A stretch of 64,000 bases of DNA from contig JAUVXV010000004.1 in assembly GCA_030603365.1 (NCBI GenBank), forward strand, positions 160,001 through 224,000, written 5' to 3'. Both the position numbers and the translations under genes were made by a program. The notes under the pieces were generated by a model that saw nothing but the letters and a program-made list of their open reading frames with translations, made no database searches and had not been told where the DNA came from. The stretch is from Candidatus Heimdallarchaeota archaeon (GTDB lineage Archaea; Asgardarchaeota; Heimdallarchaeia; Heimdallarchaeales; Heimdallarchaeaceae). Positions 26,962 to 36,639 of the stretch are shown one piece after another (positions within the stretch are counted from its first letter, which is position 1; each line of letters begins with the position of its first letter).

Positions 26962-27711
26962 ATGAATCATAAAACTGTTAAAAATTATTCTGTTTCATTT
27001 TTGTTATTTTTCACGTTCCTGTTGATAATTTTCAATTCTAATCCAATCTTAGCAAATCCTAATCTAAAAACTGACGATTGGTTATCCTACAGCGTTCTAT
27101 CTGCTAGTGAGACTACAAATGCATTCTTTGGTAATTTCCCTCCTGGAACCTATTATGGAGAATGGTCAGTTGTGGATGGTGACAATATCAACTATAATAT
27201 AACTTCAGTTAGAGAAAATGAAATTAATGGAACACTGTTTTTAGGAAATGTATCTAACAATGTCACTTTCTTTGACGTAAGAAATATAGATGTAGCTTTT
27301 GGATTAACCTTAGGTATATACCCTTGGAATGGAGGATTTCTAGCAAATGCTTCCAACTGGGAAACTATTCAAACATTGATTCAAGGAACTAATACCACTG
27401 TTACAGAAATAGATAATTTTAATCATGAAATTGAAGGAGAACAACATTTTTACTCTGTAATTCAATTTAATACTAGTAATTATTATGGGCAGTTCTCTCT
27501 ACTTCATTACCATAGTACCAGTGGTGTTCTTCTCAGAGCTTCCACATCTTATAGTTTGTATGAGCTTAGTATCTCTCTCAGTTCAACAAGTTTAGAATTA
27601 GAGGTTCAAACTCAAACCGCAGGTACTAAATTAGTTTCCTTACTCCCCATTATGCTTTTGATACTCGCTTTTCCTATATTTAGGAGGAGAAATTCCAGAG
27701 GAATAAAATAA
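26962..27711 (+). CDS. Secreted surface glycoprotein with a C-terminal TM + basic tail
   Basis: Signal peptide, multiple NxS/T sequons, YHSTSGVLL, QTQTAGT linker + TM + RRR. Confidence 0.75.
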   Translation: MNHKTVKNYSVSFLLFFTFLLIIFNSNPILANPNLKTDDWLSYSVLSASETTNAFFGNFPPGTYYGEWSVVDGDNINYNITSVRENEINGTLFLGNVSNNVTFFDVRNIDVAFGLTLGIYPWNGGFLANASNWETIQTLIQGTNTTVTEIDNFNHEIEGEQHFYSVIQFNTSNYYGQFSLLHYHSTSGVLLRASTSYSLYELSISLSSTSLELEVQTQTAGTKLVSLLPIMLLILAFPIFRRRNSRGIK

Positions 27712-27807
27712 TTTTTTTCTTTTTTCCCCATTACAATTAACACAAAGGTTTTCATTAACTAGCCGTAAGAGATATTAAACCCAAACCAATATAGAGAATT
27801 GAGAATC

Positions 27808-28644
27808 ATGAGTGAAAGCACACAAACATGTCCTAGTTGTTCTGAAACTGTGCCTTTAGAATACTCTGTTTGTCCCTTTTGTGGATTCGGTCTATTAGAA
27901 TATGAGCTTAGAAAATTCTCGTTTAAGCCATCATTAAAAGAAGTTTTTGTCAGATTGTACAATTTTTACAGACGTCCACTCCAAACCAGTGAAGAAATTG
28001 CTGTAGCTACTGAGAAAAAAGGTGCAAATATAATTTTGTTATTGTTTTCACTGTTTCTTGCACTAAGATTCTTTGTAGTACTAATGAAATTTGGAATCAC
28101 TTTTAGTACAATAATACAGATACCTGCTAATCCTGAACCCGATAAATTCTCTATGGAAATTCCAATGCATTTACTGGTTTTCCTTGTTGCTTTATTATTA
28201 ATGCCTTTAGTAATTTGGATAATGCTCAAAATCTTTATTTTTATCACAACATGGTTTATGGCAAAATTCGCAGCAATGCTAGGATCGGATGCATCAACTA
28301 AACAGTTTCGTTCCATTATTGGCTATTCCTTGGGTGCTATAACTGCCGGAGAGTTACTTGGAATTTTATTTATGCTATTTTTACCGAGTGCAAATATTGG
28401 TAGCTCTGAATATGCAACGTATTCTGATTTTGCTATTTATATGGCTGATATTAGCTCTTCTGCTGGTATGTGGATCTATCGAGTGATAATGCTCGTTTTG
28501 TGGCTTGCCCTAATCATCTACTCTTCTATTTCCTTAAGGATAATAGGAAAAATGGCTTGGGTAAACGCATTTGTAGCAATAACAGTACCTATTGCACTGT
28601 TTGTATATTTCTTCTATTTCGCAGGATTACTCACCGCAGTTTGA
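27808..28644 (+). CDS. Zinc-ribbon + Yip1-family membrane protein
   Basis: CPSC...CPFCG, followed by RRPLQTSEEI and 5 TM helices including FRSIIGYS. Confidence 0.7.
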   Translation: MSESTQTCPSCSETVPLEYSVCPFCGFGLLEYELRKFSFKPSLKEVFVRLYNFYRRPLQTSEEIAVATEKKGANIILLLFSLFLALRFFVVLMKFGITFSTIIQIPANPEPDKFSMEIPMHLLVFLVALLLMPLVIWIMLKIFIFITTWFMAKFAAMLGSDASTKQFRSIIGYSLGAITAGELLGILFMLFLPSANIGSSEYATYSDFAIYMADISSSAGMWIYRVIMLVLWLALIIYSSISLRIIGKMAWVNAFVAITVPIALFVYFFYFAGLLTAV

Positions 28645-28725
28645 TGGTGACCCTCTCTTTTCTTTCATATATTTTGTTTAGAAATTCTTTTGAAATGTTG
28701 TACGATAATCTAATTAGAGGATACC

Positions 28726-29721
28726 ATGAACAAGAAACCAAAAAAAATGATGGGTGATATAGGCGAAAGAAATTTTTTACTTGATATAGCAAATCTTGTT
28801 GATAGTCCAGTTTTAAGTTTTAATGAAGATGCGTCTGCTTTACAATTATCTGAAGATACTATTTTAGTAATAAATGCAGATATGCTAGTCAACTTGACCG
28901 ATGTTCTACCTGGAATGACATCTAATCAGATTGGGCGGAAAGCAGTTACTATGTCTGTAAGCGATATAGTTGCTAAAGGTGTCAATCCAATTGGCTGTTT
29001 GGCAAGTGTTGCTTTTCCTGATGATTTAGAGGTTGTGTCTGCAAAGGAGATAATCAAGGGAATTAAAGATCAATGCACTGAATATAATATCCAATTTTTG
29101 GGTGGAGATCTTAATGAGAGTAGTGACATCATTATAGATGCTATTTCATTTGGAACTTGTTCTAAAGAATCACTGATTCCAAGAATAGGAGTTGATGCAG
29201 GGGATATTTTGTATACAACTGGATATTTCGGTTTGACATCACTTGGCTTTCAATTTTTATTAAGAAACATATATTTGACTGAAGAACTAAAATCTATTGT
29301 CTTAGAATCAGTCTATAATCCTAAAGCGAAAATCCAATATCTGTCGTTATTTCAGAAAATAAAAGTAAAAATCTGTATGGACAGTTCTGATGGGTTAATT
29401 GTAACTCTAGGGGATTTATCCAAGCTTAACGGAATGGGTATTAAAATAACAGAGATACCTATTCATCCAAAAGTCTCTGATTATGCAAAAGCAACTAAAG
29501 TCAATCCATTAGCATTAGTTTTTGGTGGTGGAGAGGAATTCGAACTTGTCTTCGCTATCTCTCCAGATGATGAACAACAACTCATTGAAGAAGCCCAAAA
29601 ACAAAACCTAGTACTAAAAAGAATAGGGGAGTTTTCAGATAAATTTGAAGGTGTTAAAAATCAAGATAATAAGTATAAAGACTATGACTTACCTTTGAAA
29701 GGATATGAACACTTTTCATAA
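28726..29721 (+). CDS. thiL: Thiamine-monophosphate kinase
   Basis: IGE, EDAS, SVSDIVAKG, GGDLN, MDSSDGL, GGGEEFELVF, GYEHF. Confidence 0.93.
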   Translation: MNKKPKKMMGDIGERNFLLDIANLVDSPVLSFNEDASALQLSEDTILVINADMLVNLTDVLPGMTSNQIGRKAVTMSVSDIVAKGVNPIGCLASVAFPDDLEVVSAKEIIKGIKDQCTEYNIQFLGGDLNESSDIIIDAISFGTCSKESLIPRIGVDAGDILYTTGYFGLTSLGFQFLLRNIYLTEELKSIVLESVYNPKAKIQYLSLFQKIKVKICMDSSDGLIVTLGDLSKLNGMGIKITEIPIHPKVSDYAKATKVNPLALVFGGGEEFELVFAISPDDEQQLIEEAQKQNLVLKRIGEFSDKFEGVKNQDNKYKDYDLPLKGYEHFS

Positions 29722-29778
29722 CGTTATAGTTGTGTAAAAATCTTTAATAATTGCTCTTTGTTTTTTCTCTTGATAAAT

Positions 29779-31029
29779 ATGGGTAAAATAACTAAAGTTA
29801 TTCCAAGAGAGATTATTGATTCAAGAGGTAATCCTACTGTTGAAGTTGATATTTATACAACTGGTGGTTTCGGAAGAGCTCTTGTCCCTTCTGGTGCATC
29901 AACAGGAGAGCATGAAGCTTTAGAGCTCAGAGATAAAGACTCTCGATTCCTTGGTAAAGGTGTACTTAAAGCTGTTAATAACATTAGAGAGAAAATAGCT
30001 CCAAAGATTATAGGATTGGAAGTTACAGAACAAGAAGCTATTGATGAACTCATGCTTGAGTTAGATGGAACAGATACTAAATCAAACCTGGGTGCAAATG
30101 CAATGCTCGGGGTGTCTATGGCTGTTTGTAAAGCAGCTGCTAATGAACTTGGTTTACCAATTTATGCTTATTTGAATAAAGAATCTGTTACCTTACCTGT
30201 CCCAATGCTCAATGTAATTAATGGAGGAGAACATGCTGGGGGTAATCTTAGAATCCAAGAATTCATGCTAATACCTCATGGTTTTACTCAATACAAAGAG
30301 GCGTTGAGATCCATTTGTGAGGTTTATCAGATTTTAAGAAATAACTTAAAGAAATTCGGTCCTTCTGCAATTAACTTAGGCGATGAAGGTGGTTTTGGTA
30401 GCCCTGTGGATACTGCACCTGAAGCTCTAGATATGCTAGTTGAAGCTATAAATGAAGCTGGATATACTCCTGGAAAGCACATATCAATAGGTTTAGATTC
30501 TGCTGCATCTGAATTCTATGAAGATAATTTATATGAAGTAGATGGTAAAAAGCTTACTGGAGAACAGTTGGTTGATTATTATATTGATCTTGTTGAGAAA
30601 TATCCAATTATCTCAATAGAAGATCCTTTTGATGAAAATGATTTTGAATCATTTGCTCAATTACTTGTTAAGTTACCTCAAATTTCAATTGTAGCTGATG
30701 ATTTAACAGTGACTAATCCTATTAGAATTAAAATGGCTATAGACAAAAAGGCAGCCAATTATCTACTCCTAAAAGTAAACCAAATCGGTACATTAACAGA
30801 AGCTATCCAAGCAGCTGAACTAGCTAGAAGCAATGGTTGGGGAATAAATATTTCTCACAGATCTGGAGAAACAGAAGATACTTTCATAGCTGATTTAGCA
30901 GTTGCCCTTGGTGCTGAAAGGATCAAAACTGGAGCTCCTGCTAGAGGAGAACGTACAGCTAAATACAATCAACTACTTCGTATTGAAGAGCAATTGGGAA
31001 ATAAAGCAAAATATCTTGGAACCAAATAA
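29779..31029 (+). CDS. eno: Enolase
   Basis: DSRGNPTVEV, VPSGASTG, GDEGGF, LLKVNQIG, SHRSGETED. Confidence 0.98.
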   Translation: MGKITKVIPREIIDSRGNPTVEVDIYTTGGFGRALVPSGASTGEHEALELRDKDSRFLGKGVLKAVNNIREKIAPKIIGLEVTEQEAIDELMLELDGTDTKSNLGANAMLGVSMAVCKAAANELGLPIYAYLNKESVTLPVPMLNVINGGEHAGGNLRIQEFMLIPHGFTQYKEALRSICEVYQILRNNLKKFGPSAINLGDEGGFGSPVDTAPEALDMLVEAINEAGYTPGKHISIGLDSAASEFYEDNLYEVDGKKLTGEQLVDYYIDLVEKYPIISIEDPFDENDFESFAQLLVKLPQISIVADDLTVTNPIRIKMAIDKKAANYLLLKVNQIGTLTEAIQAAELARSNGWGINISHRSGETEDTFIADLAVALGAERIKTGAPARGERTAKYNQLLRIEEQLGNKAKYLGTK

Positions 31030-31104
31030 TTGATTTCAATACCATTTTTTTATTCCGTTGGATAATATTTTTAACATTACATGTACTTCTAAAAACGAAA
31101 ATAA

Positions 31105-32622
31105 ATGAAAACATCATACGAACAGCTTCTTGAAAGATATCAAGAAATTCAATTGTTAAATTCTATAAGTGGAGTTCTTTATTGGGATATGAATGTTCAT
31201 ATGCCTCCTGCAGCAGTAGGACATAGAGCGAAACAATTTCAATATATTAGTCAAAAGGTCCATAGTTTAATAACTGATTCTGAAGTAGGTTCGTTATTAA
31301 ACAAATGTAACCAAGATACTTCACTAGATGACCTGCAAAAGCGAAACGTAGAACTAATTCAACGGTCTTATGATAGTAGAACAATATTACCATCTGAATT
31401 AGTGGGAAAACTAGCTGTTCAATCAAATAAAACTCTTGAAATTTGGAAAAAAGCAAAAGCTAAAACTGATTTTCAAATGGTTTTACCAGATCTAGAAGTT
31501 CTTTTTGATCTAAACGTAGAGTCTGCTCAATTATTAGCCAAATCAAAAAATATGAATGACCCTTTTGATGCTTTGATTGATGATAGAGATAAGGGTTTTA
31601 GCGTTAGTCTATTAACCAAACTTTTTGATGAAGCTAAATCATTTTTAGTTCCATTTATCAAAAAATGTAAAGAATCAGGCACACAGCCAGATAGATCTTT
31701 TCTCACAAGACCAGTTCCACGCTCAACACAAGTTAAAATGGTTGAAAATCTTGCCAAATTTCTGGATTATGACTTTCATTCAGAAAATGCTGTGGGTAAT
31801 ATAGCTGAAGTAGAACATCCACTTACAATAGGTGGTGGTTTCAAAGATGTCAGAGTTACAGTCAAATATCACGAAGATAATGTTCTAGCAGCTTTCCTAG
31901 CAGGAGCCCATGAGTGTGGGCATGCTATCCATAGTTTACAAGGAAAAGAAGAGTGGTACAACCAACCCATTTATCGGATGTCCTCTCCTAGTTTCGGAGA
32001 ATCTCAATCTAGATTCTTTGAGAATATTATTGCAAGTTCAGAGGAATTTTGGAACCATTATTATTTAAAATTTCAAAAAGACACTGATGGGATTTTTGAT
32101 TATATATCTTCAAATAATTTCTGTTCTGCACTAAATGCAGTAACTCCCGGTTTTATAAGAATTCAAGCTGATGAAGTAACCTATATTCTTCATATCATTA
32201 TCCGCTTTGAAATTGAAAGAGATTGGTTTGCTGGAAAAATAGAAACCAAAGAAGTACCACAGGTTTGGAATGAGAAATATAAACAGTATTTGAGTGTAGA
32301 TGTTCCGAATGATACACTTGGTTTGATGCAAGATTTACATTGGTACAGTCAATATTATGGTTATTTCTTTGGCTATGGAATAGGCGATTTAATCTCTTCG
32401 CAGATAACTGTCAAGATGTCTAAAGACCTTCCTGATTGGAAAACCTCTTTACAGGATGGTAAATTTTCACCAATTCGACAATGGCTTGAAAAAAATGTAC
32501 ATCAGAAAGGTGGAACTCTCGATTGCCTTGATATGGTGAAAAGTATAACAGGAGAAGAACTTACACCAAAATATCATATAAATTACTTAAAAGAGAAATT
32601 CTCAGACATTTACAATTTATAA
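31105..32622 (+). CDS. M32 thermostable carboxypeptidase
   Basis: EHP, HECGHA, ESQS, IRIQADEVTY, QDLHW. Confidence 0.95.
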   Translation: MKTSYEQLLERYQEIQLLNSISGVLYWDMNVHMPPAAVGHRAKQFQYISQKVHSLITDSEVGSLLNKCNQDTSLDDLQKRNVELIQRSYDSRTILPSELVGKLAVQSNKTLEIWKKAKAKTDFQMVLPDLEVLFDLNVESAQLLAKSKNMNDPFDALIDDRDKGFSVSLLTKLFDEAKSFLVPFIKKCKESGTQPDRSFLTRPVPRSTQVKMVENLAKFLDYDFHSENAVGNIAEVEHPLTIGGGFKDVRVTVKYHEDNVLAAFLAGAHECGHAIHSLQGKEEWYNQPIYRMSSPSFGESQSRFFENIIASSEEFWNHYYLKFQKDTDGIFDYISSNNFCSALNAVTPGFIRIQADEVTYILHIIIRFEIERDWFAGKIETKEVPQVWNEKYKQYLSVDVPNDTLGLMQDLHWYSQYYGYFFGYGIGDLISSQITVKMSKDLPDWKTSLQDGKFSPIRQWLEKNVHQKGGTLDCLDMVKSITGEELTPKYHINYLKEKFSDIYNL

Positions 32623-32654
32623 AAAACTGAAAAAGGGATAAGATTTTCTTATCC

Positions 32655-34478
32655 TCATTCTTCGATTCTTATTGTTGCTTGTTGTTGTCTTAGAGGACCA
32701 TCGGCTCTGATGTTTAGATTTATAGTAATAGTTTCTCCCTGATTTATTCTCTTTATATGACATTTGACATTAGAAGCTTCAGTTGTTACATCAACAGTTG
32801 GGGGAGAATGACTGATATACTCAGCTGTAAAAATTGGTTGAATAACTATAATATTGTCCAGAGGAACGTCTCCTGTATTAGTTATTGGAATTTCAATATT
32901 ATACCCGTCTTCCACTTTTTTAGTGAAGATTGAAGTAGCTTTGTAAGATCTCTGTTTAAATTCAACAATTATTACAGGTATTTTACCTTCCATCATTGCT
33001 TCTGATACATACGGCAATGTTGGTTCAATTGCGTAAGCTCTTATCTCTGTAGATGCTGAATGACTACCTTCAATTCTTGGTTTATTTGCCTTGCCTTTAA
33101 TTTTGACTTTTATAATCTGGCCTGGTTCTATGTTTAGATCAGAAATGACATAGTGATATTGTCGTTCTCGAGTTAAATCTTCAATAATTGAAATATGTTC
33201 TTCATCTAGTTCGACTGGTTCTTCTTCCTCATCTAGTGTTTCAAATGTAGCAAAATCTCTATCTTCAACCAGAGGTTTTGGTTTCTGTGTTGGTCTTTCA
33301 AGAAAATCAATTTCCAACAATCTTTCTGCTGTTTCTGCAGTAACTTCTTCAACTTCAATATAACTTGGAATAGTATCTTCAATTTCAATTTTACCTACAG
33401 TTGCTGAACCTGTATTTGTAATATCCAAAATCGAAACAATATCTGTTACTGCATAAGTTGTTACTTCTGTTGGTTCAAAGATTTTTGCTGTTCCAATTTT
33501 TAAAACAAAGATTTGATCGCTTTCTCTTTCATAGGTAATTGATGAATGGCTGGTAACATCATATAATACGTAGTAATCAAACTTTTTAGTGATTTCAGGA
33601 AATGATTCGGATTCAACAACTATTTGTTCTTTCCATATTGGTACATCTAAATTACCCTCTAATTCTTGACTGGTGTCTCTGAAAAACGCCTCTTCCCCAT
33701 TTACGTCAATTTTAACGTTTTTAAGAAAAATCTCAAATTCGCTTGCATTTCTTAACCCCAAGTTAAGTTGCCATTGTTTTGGAGTGACGGTTTCTTTTGT
33801 TTCGATTGAGAGATCTATATTGTCACAATCTCCATCAATTGTAGGTTTTAATGAACTTATTTTACTGTTAGTTTCAAATCTACTTATGATTGTTCCTGAT
33901 TTGTATGGTTGCAGATTTACAGGTATACAAAGTGATGCAATAATTATTGATGCTTCTTCTCCTGCTCTTAATTCGGGAATTATCCAACTGACAACTCTTT
34001 CTTCTTCAACAATATTGACCTCACCTGGAAAAGGATCTACGGCTCTAATCTCTTTTGTGTCTGGTGGAAGTTGTTTTTCAACTGTAATGTTCTTTAATTC
34101 TGTTTCATAATTGTTCTTGACTCTAATACGAAAAGCTAGTGTCTGAGATGTGTTGAATACTAAATCACTGTTAAGAGGGTTAAATTCATCTCCTGAGAAG
34201 TTAGTATCTCTCTCTTCAGTCACTTCAACTTTTATTTGAGCACGTGTATTATACTCAATAGCATGGAACCCTCCAGCATCCACGTGAGGAACTGTTGAAT
34301 TAACAAAATCAATGACATCATCCCCAAATTCTGCTTTTAGTTCAATACCCCATAACATCGTAGAACTACTTGGGTTTAATATTTTCAAAACACCTTTGGA
34401 TTCAGATGAAAGAAGGTCTCCTTTAGCATTTACTTTAGCACTTAAATTTTCTTCTAATTGGATTGTAGCTTTCATCAA
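32655..34478 (-). CDS. Cytoplasmic all-beta multi-domain protein with mu-homology-domain-like N-terminus and DUF11-like sandwiches
   Basis: No signal peptide; IQLEENLSAKVNAKGDLLSSESKGVLKI and KNITVEKQLP...GEV...VSWIIPEL resemble delta-COP/mu-adaptin segments. Confidence 0.55.
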   Translation of the reverse strand: MMKATIQLEENLSAKVNAKGDLLSSESKGVLKILNPSSSTMLWGIELKAEFGDDVIDFVNSTVPHVDAGGFHAIEYNTRAQIKVEVTEERDTNFSGDEFNPLNSDLVFNTSQTLAFRIRVKNNYETELKNITVEKQLPPDTKEIRAVDPFPGEVNIVEEERVVSWIIPELRAGEEASIIIASLCIPVNLQPYKSGTIISRFETNSKISSLKPTIDGDCDNIDLSIETKETVTPKQWQLNLGLRNASEFEIFLKNVKIDVNGEEAFFRDTSQELEGNLDVPIWKEQIVVESESFPEITKKFDYYVLYDVTSHSSITYERESDQIFVLKIGTAKIFEPTEVTTYAVTDIVSILDITNTGSATVGKIEIEDTIPSYIEVEEVTAETAERLLEIDFLERPTQKPKPLVEDRDFATFETLDEEEEPVELDEEHISIIEDLTRERQYHYVISDLNIEPGQIIKVKIKGKANKPRIEGSHSASTEIRAYAIEPTLPYVSEAMMEGKIPVIIVEFKQRSYKATSIFTKKVEDGYNIEIPITNTGDVPLDNIIVIQPIFTAEYISHSPPTVDVTTEASNVKCHIKRINQGETITINLNIRADGPLRQQQATIRIEE

Positions 34479-34629
34479 TAATCATCTGTAAATATGATGT
34501 TTTAATAAGCATGAATCAATTAATATTTGTATTGATGGTACCAAGCCATTTTGATGCTTTTTATATCTGGTTTAATCTTTTATTTCTGATATAAAATAAA
34601 TACTTGAAAAGTAAAAAGAATCAAGAAAG

Positions 34630-35541
34630 TTAGAGTTTAAGCTCTTCTTGTGAGATTTTTTTGGGTTCCTTAGTTAATTTAACACTATCACTTAGAAACA
34701 GATCTTCGACATAGTAAACCCTTCCTTCAACTTGAGTGTTTGGTCCTAATTTAACATTTCTGCCTTTGATGCTTTTATGAACATGAACATCTTGGACATC
34801 AACTTCATTTTGAGCTATAATACTACCCATAACATTAACTAATTTCTTGTGTTTTCTGAAGAACCAAGATTCAAATACTGTTCTTCTACCTTCAATAAGG
34901 ATATTTTCACAAAGAATACTTTTTTCTATCCGAGCTTTCCCACCAATCTTTATTGAATTTTCTGAAAGTAAATTGCCAGAAATAGTTGTCGAACCTATTA
35001 AAGATGCTCCTCTTACAGCTTGAGTGTTTTTACCACTTCTATATGATCCTGAAATTGTAAGATTACCTTTAACTACTACTTCACCAGTTGTTTTTGAAGA
35101 ACCGTTGAATGTTACATTTTCATTAGCATAAAGATTACCATCACACTTGAATGATCCCGAGCATTTTACTTCACCATGAGCAGTGATATTCCCAAATGCT
35201 TTTACTGCTCCAGAACATCGTAAAGATTTACATTCAACATCACCTAAAATTCTCCCTACTCCGGATATTCGAATATCCCTCATTATTTTTCCCCCTGTAA
35301 TTTTAGCAGATCCTGAAACTGTTAAAGCATCCTGAGTTAAAGTTTTTTCTCCTGCTACTCTGACTAATGGAGCATCTTTCTGGAATTTGAACTCTTCTTT
35401 TGTTCTTCTTAGTTTTTCAGTATATCTTTCTTTTAATTCTGAATAACTTGCTTTGTCAATCTCTCCGTTATCAAATCGTTTTTCTAAGAGTTGCAAGAGC
35501 TCTTCATACATTCTAATGTCACTTTGGCTCACATCTGTCAC
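34630..35541 (-). CDS. Bactofilin-like (polymer-forming, beta-helical) protein with an N-terminal SHOCT-like helix pair
   Basis: About 17-residue repeats (VSGSAKITG, ISGVGRILG, CSGSFKCDG, FNGSSKTTG); LEKRFDNGEIDKASY. Confidence 0.8.
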   Translation of the reverse strand: MTDVSQSDIRMYEELLQLLEKRFDNGEIDKASYSELKERYTEKLRRTKEEFKFQKDAPLVRVAGEKTLTQDALTVSGSAKITGGKIMRDIRISGVGRILGDVECKSLRCSGAVKAFGNITAHGEVKCSGSFKCDGNLYANENVTFNGSSKTTGEVVVKGNLTISGSYRSGKNTQAVRGASLIGSTTISGNLLSENSIKIGGKARIEKSILCENILIEGRRTVFESWFFRKHKKLVNVMGSIIAQNEVDVQDVHVHKSIKGRNVKLGPNTQVEGRVYYVEDLFLSDSVKLTKEPKKISQEELKL

Positions 35542-35600
35542 CTATTCCATAAATGTAATCTCTTTATATAATGTTTTTTTTAAATAATTAGCATATATTG

Positions 35601-35642
35601 TTAAACTCATAGTTTGAAGCTTAAACCAAGCAGTTTAAACCG
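35601..35642. promoter_or_regulatory. Tandem imperfect palindromes TTAAAC-N5/6-GTTT(G/A)A, candidate ArsR operator
   Basis: ttaaac tcata gtttga and ttaaac caagca gtttaa between divergent genes. Confidence 0.5.
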
Positions 35643-35680
35643 ACAACAATTTATAATAAATTAAAAGATGTGTAAACGTT

Positions 35681-36124
35681 ATGTCAGATTTAGATGACGA
35701 AACAGCGAAAGAATCACCTATTATTGATAGAATATATTCAATTTTCAGAGATTCTACAAGACGAACAATACTAAAGCTACTTAGTAACATAAAACTTACA
35801 GCTGATGAACTTACAAAAGAGCTAAAAATCTCAAGACCTGCTGTCGAAAAACATCTTAAACAGATGTTGGAAATCGGTCTTATTGAAAGAAAAGCAGATA
35901 CCTATCCCACTTTAAAATACATCTATACCATCCCTACTCCAGGTATTGATTTATTATCAAATGTTAACGATGCAATTCATACTTTCATAACATCACTTAG
36001 AGAAGAGTATGGTAGAAGACTAGAAAATGAAGAACAAATGTATGTTTTAGGTATGTCTTCTAAAGATAGATATGATGCAATAAAGAAATCTTATGGATCA
36101 ATTTTAGAAAAATTACAAAAATAA
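35681..36124 (+). CDS. ArsR/SmtB-family winged-helix regulator
   Basis: DSTRRTILKLL, ISRPAVEKHLKQM..GLI. Confidence 0.9.
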   Translation: MSDLDDETAKESPIIDRIYSIFRDSTRRTILKLLSNIKLTADELTKELKISRPAVEKHLKQMLEIGLIERKADTYPTLKYIYTIPTPGIDLLSNVNDAIHTFITSLREEYGRRLENEEQMYVLGMSSKDRYDAIKKSYGSILEKLQK

Positions 36125-36146
36125 ACATCTTCTGAGTTGTATTCAC

Positions 36147-36638
36147 GTGTTAATTAAATCAAGAAATTTATTATCTAATAAAGATAAGAGGAATTTAAAA
36201 GAAAACCTTGCTGAATTATATGGAGAAACAATACTCGCTCTCTTTGAAAAAACATTGAATATTGAGGAAATTAGAACAGATGAAGGAACATTTCTAGCCA
36301 GAGATGGTAGAATATGGTTTTTTAATTATGAAAAGCAACAAATACCCTCAATTCATTTCTTGAGAGAGAGTCAAGTTGTCATGCCGAAGATAATTGTTGA
36401 TACTGGTGCAATTCGTTTTATCACTAAAGGAGCTGATGTTATGGCACCAGGAATTATTCATTTTGATAAACAAATAACTAAAGGATTAGTGGTAGCTATC
36501 CATGAAGAAAATGCAAATAGCTTATTGGGAGTGGGGGTTTCTTTAGTAGATTCTAATGAATTTGAAAAAACAAAAAAAGGGAAGGTAGTTAAAACAATCC
36601 ATCACCTTACCGATGATATTTGGAAGTTCAAGCTCTGA
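36147..36638 (+). CDS. DUF1947 + PUA RNA-binding protein (MCT-1/Tma20 homologue)
   Basis: VDTGAIRFITKGADVMAPGI, KGKVVKTIHHLTDDIW. Confidence 0.9.
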   Translation: MLIKSRNLLSNKDKRNLKENLAELYGETILALFEKTLNIEEIRTDEGTFLARDGRIWFFNYEKQQIPSIHFLRESQVVMPKIIVDTGAIRFITKGADVMAPGIIHFDKQITKGLVVAIHEENANSLLGVGVSLVDSNEFEKTKKGKVVKTIHHLTDDIWKFKL

Positions 36639-36639
36639 T

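Noticed and set aside
33673-34110. 145-aa plus-strand ORF, and the many other short antisense ORFs in the track (e.g. 23914-24309, 46277-46603, 62754-63158)
   Set aside because: They lie entirely opposite well-supported genes and have the Ser/Ile/Phe-rich composition typical of shadow frames
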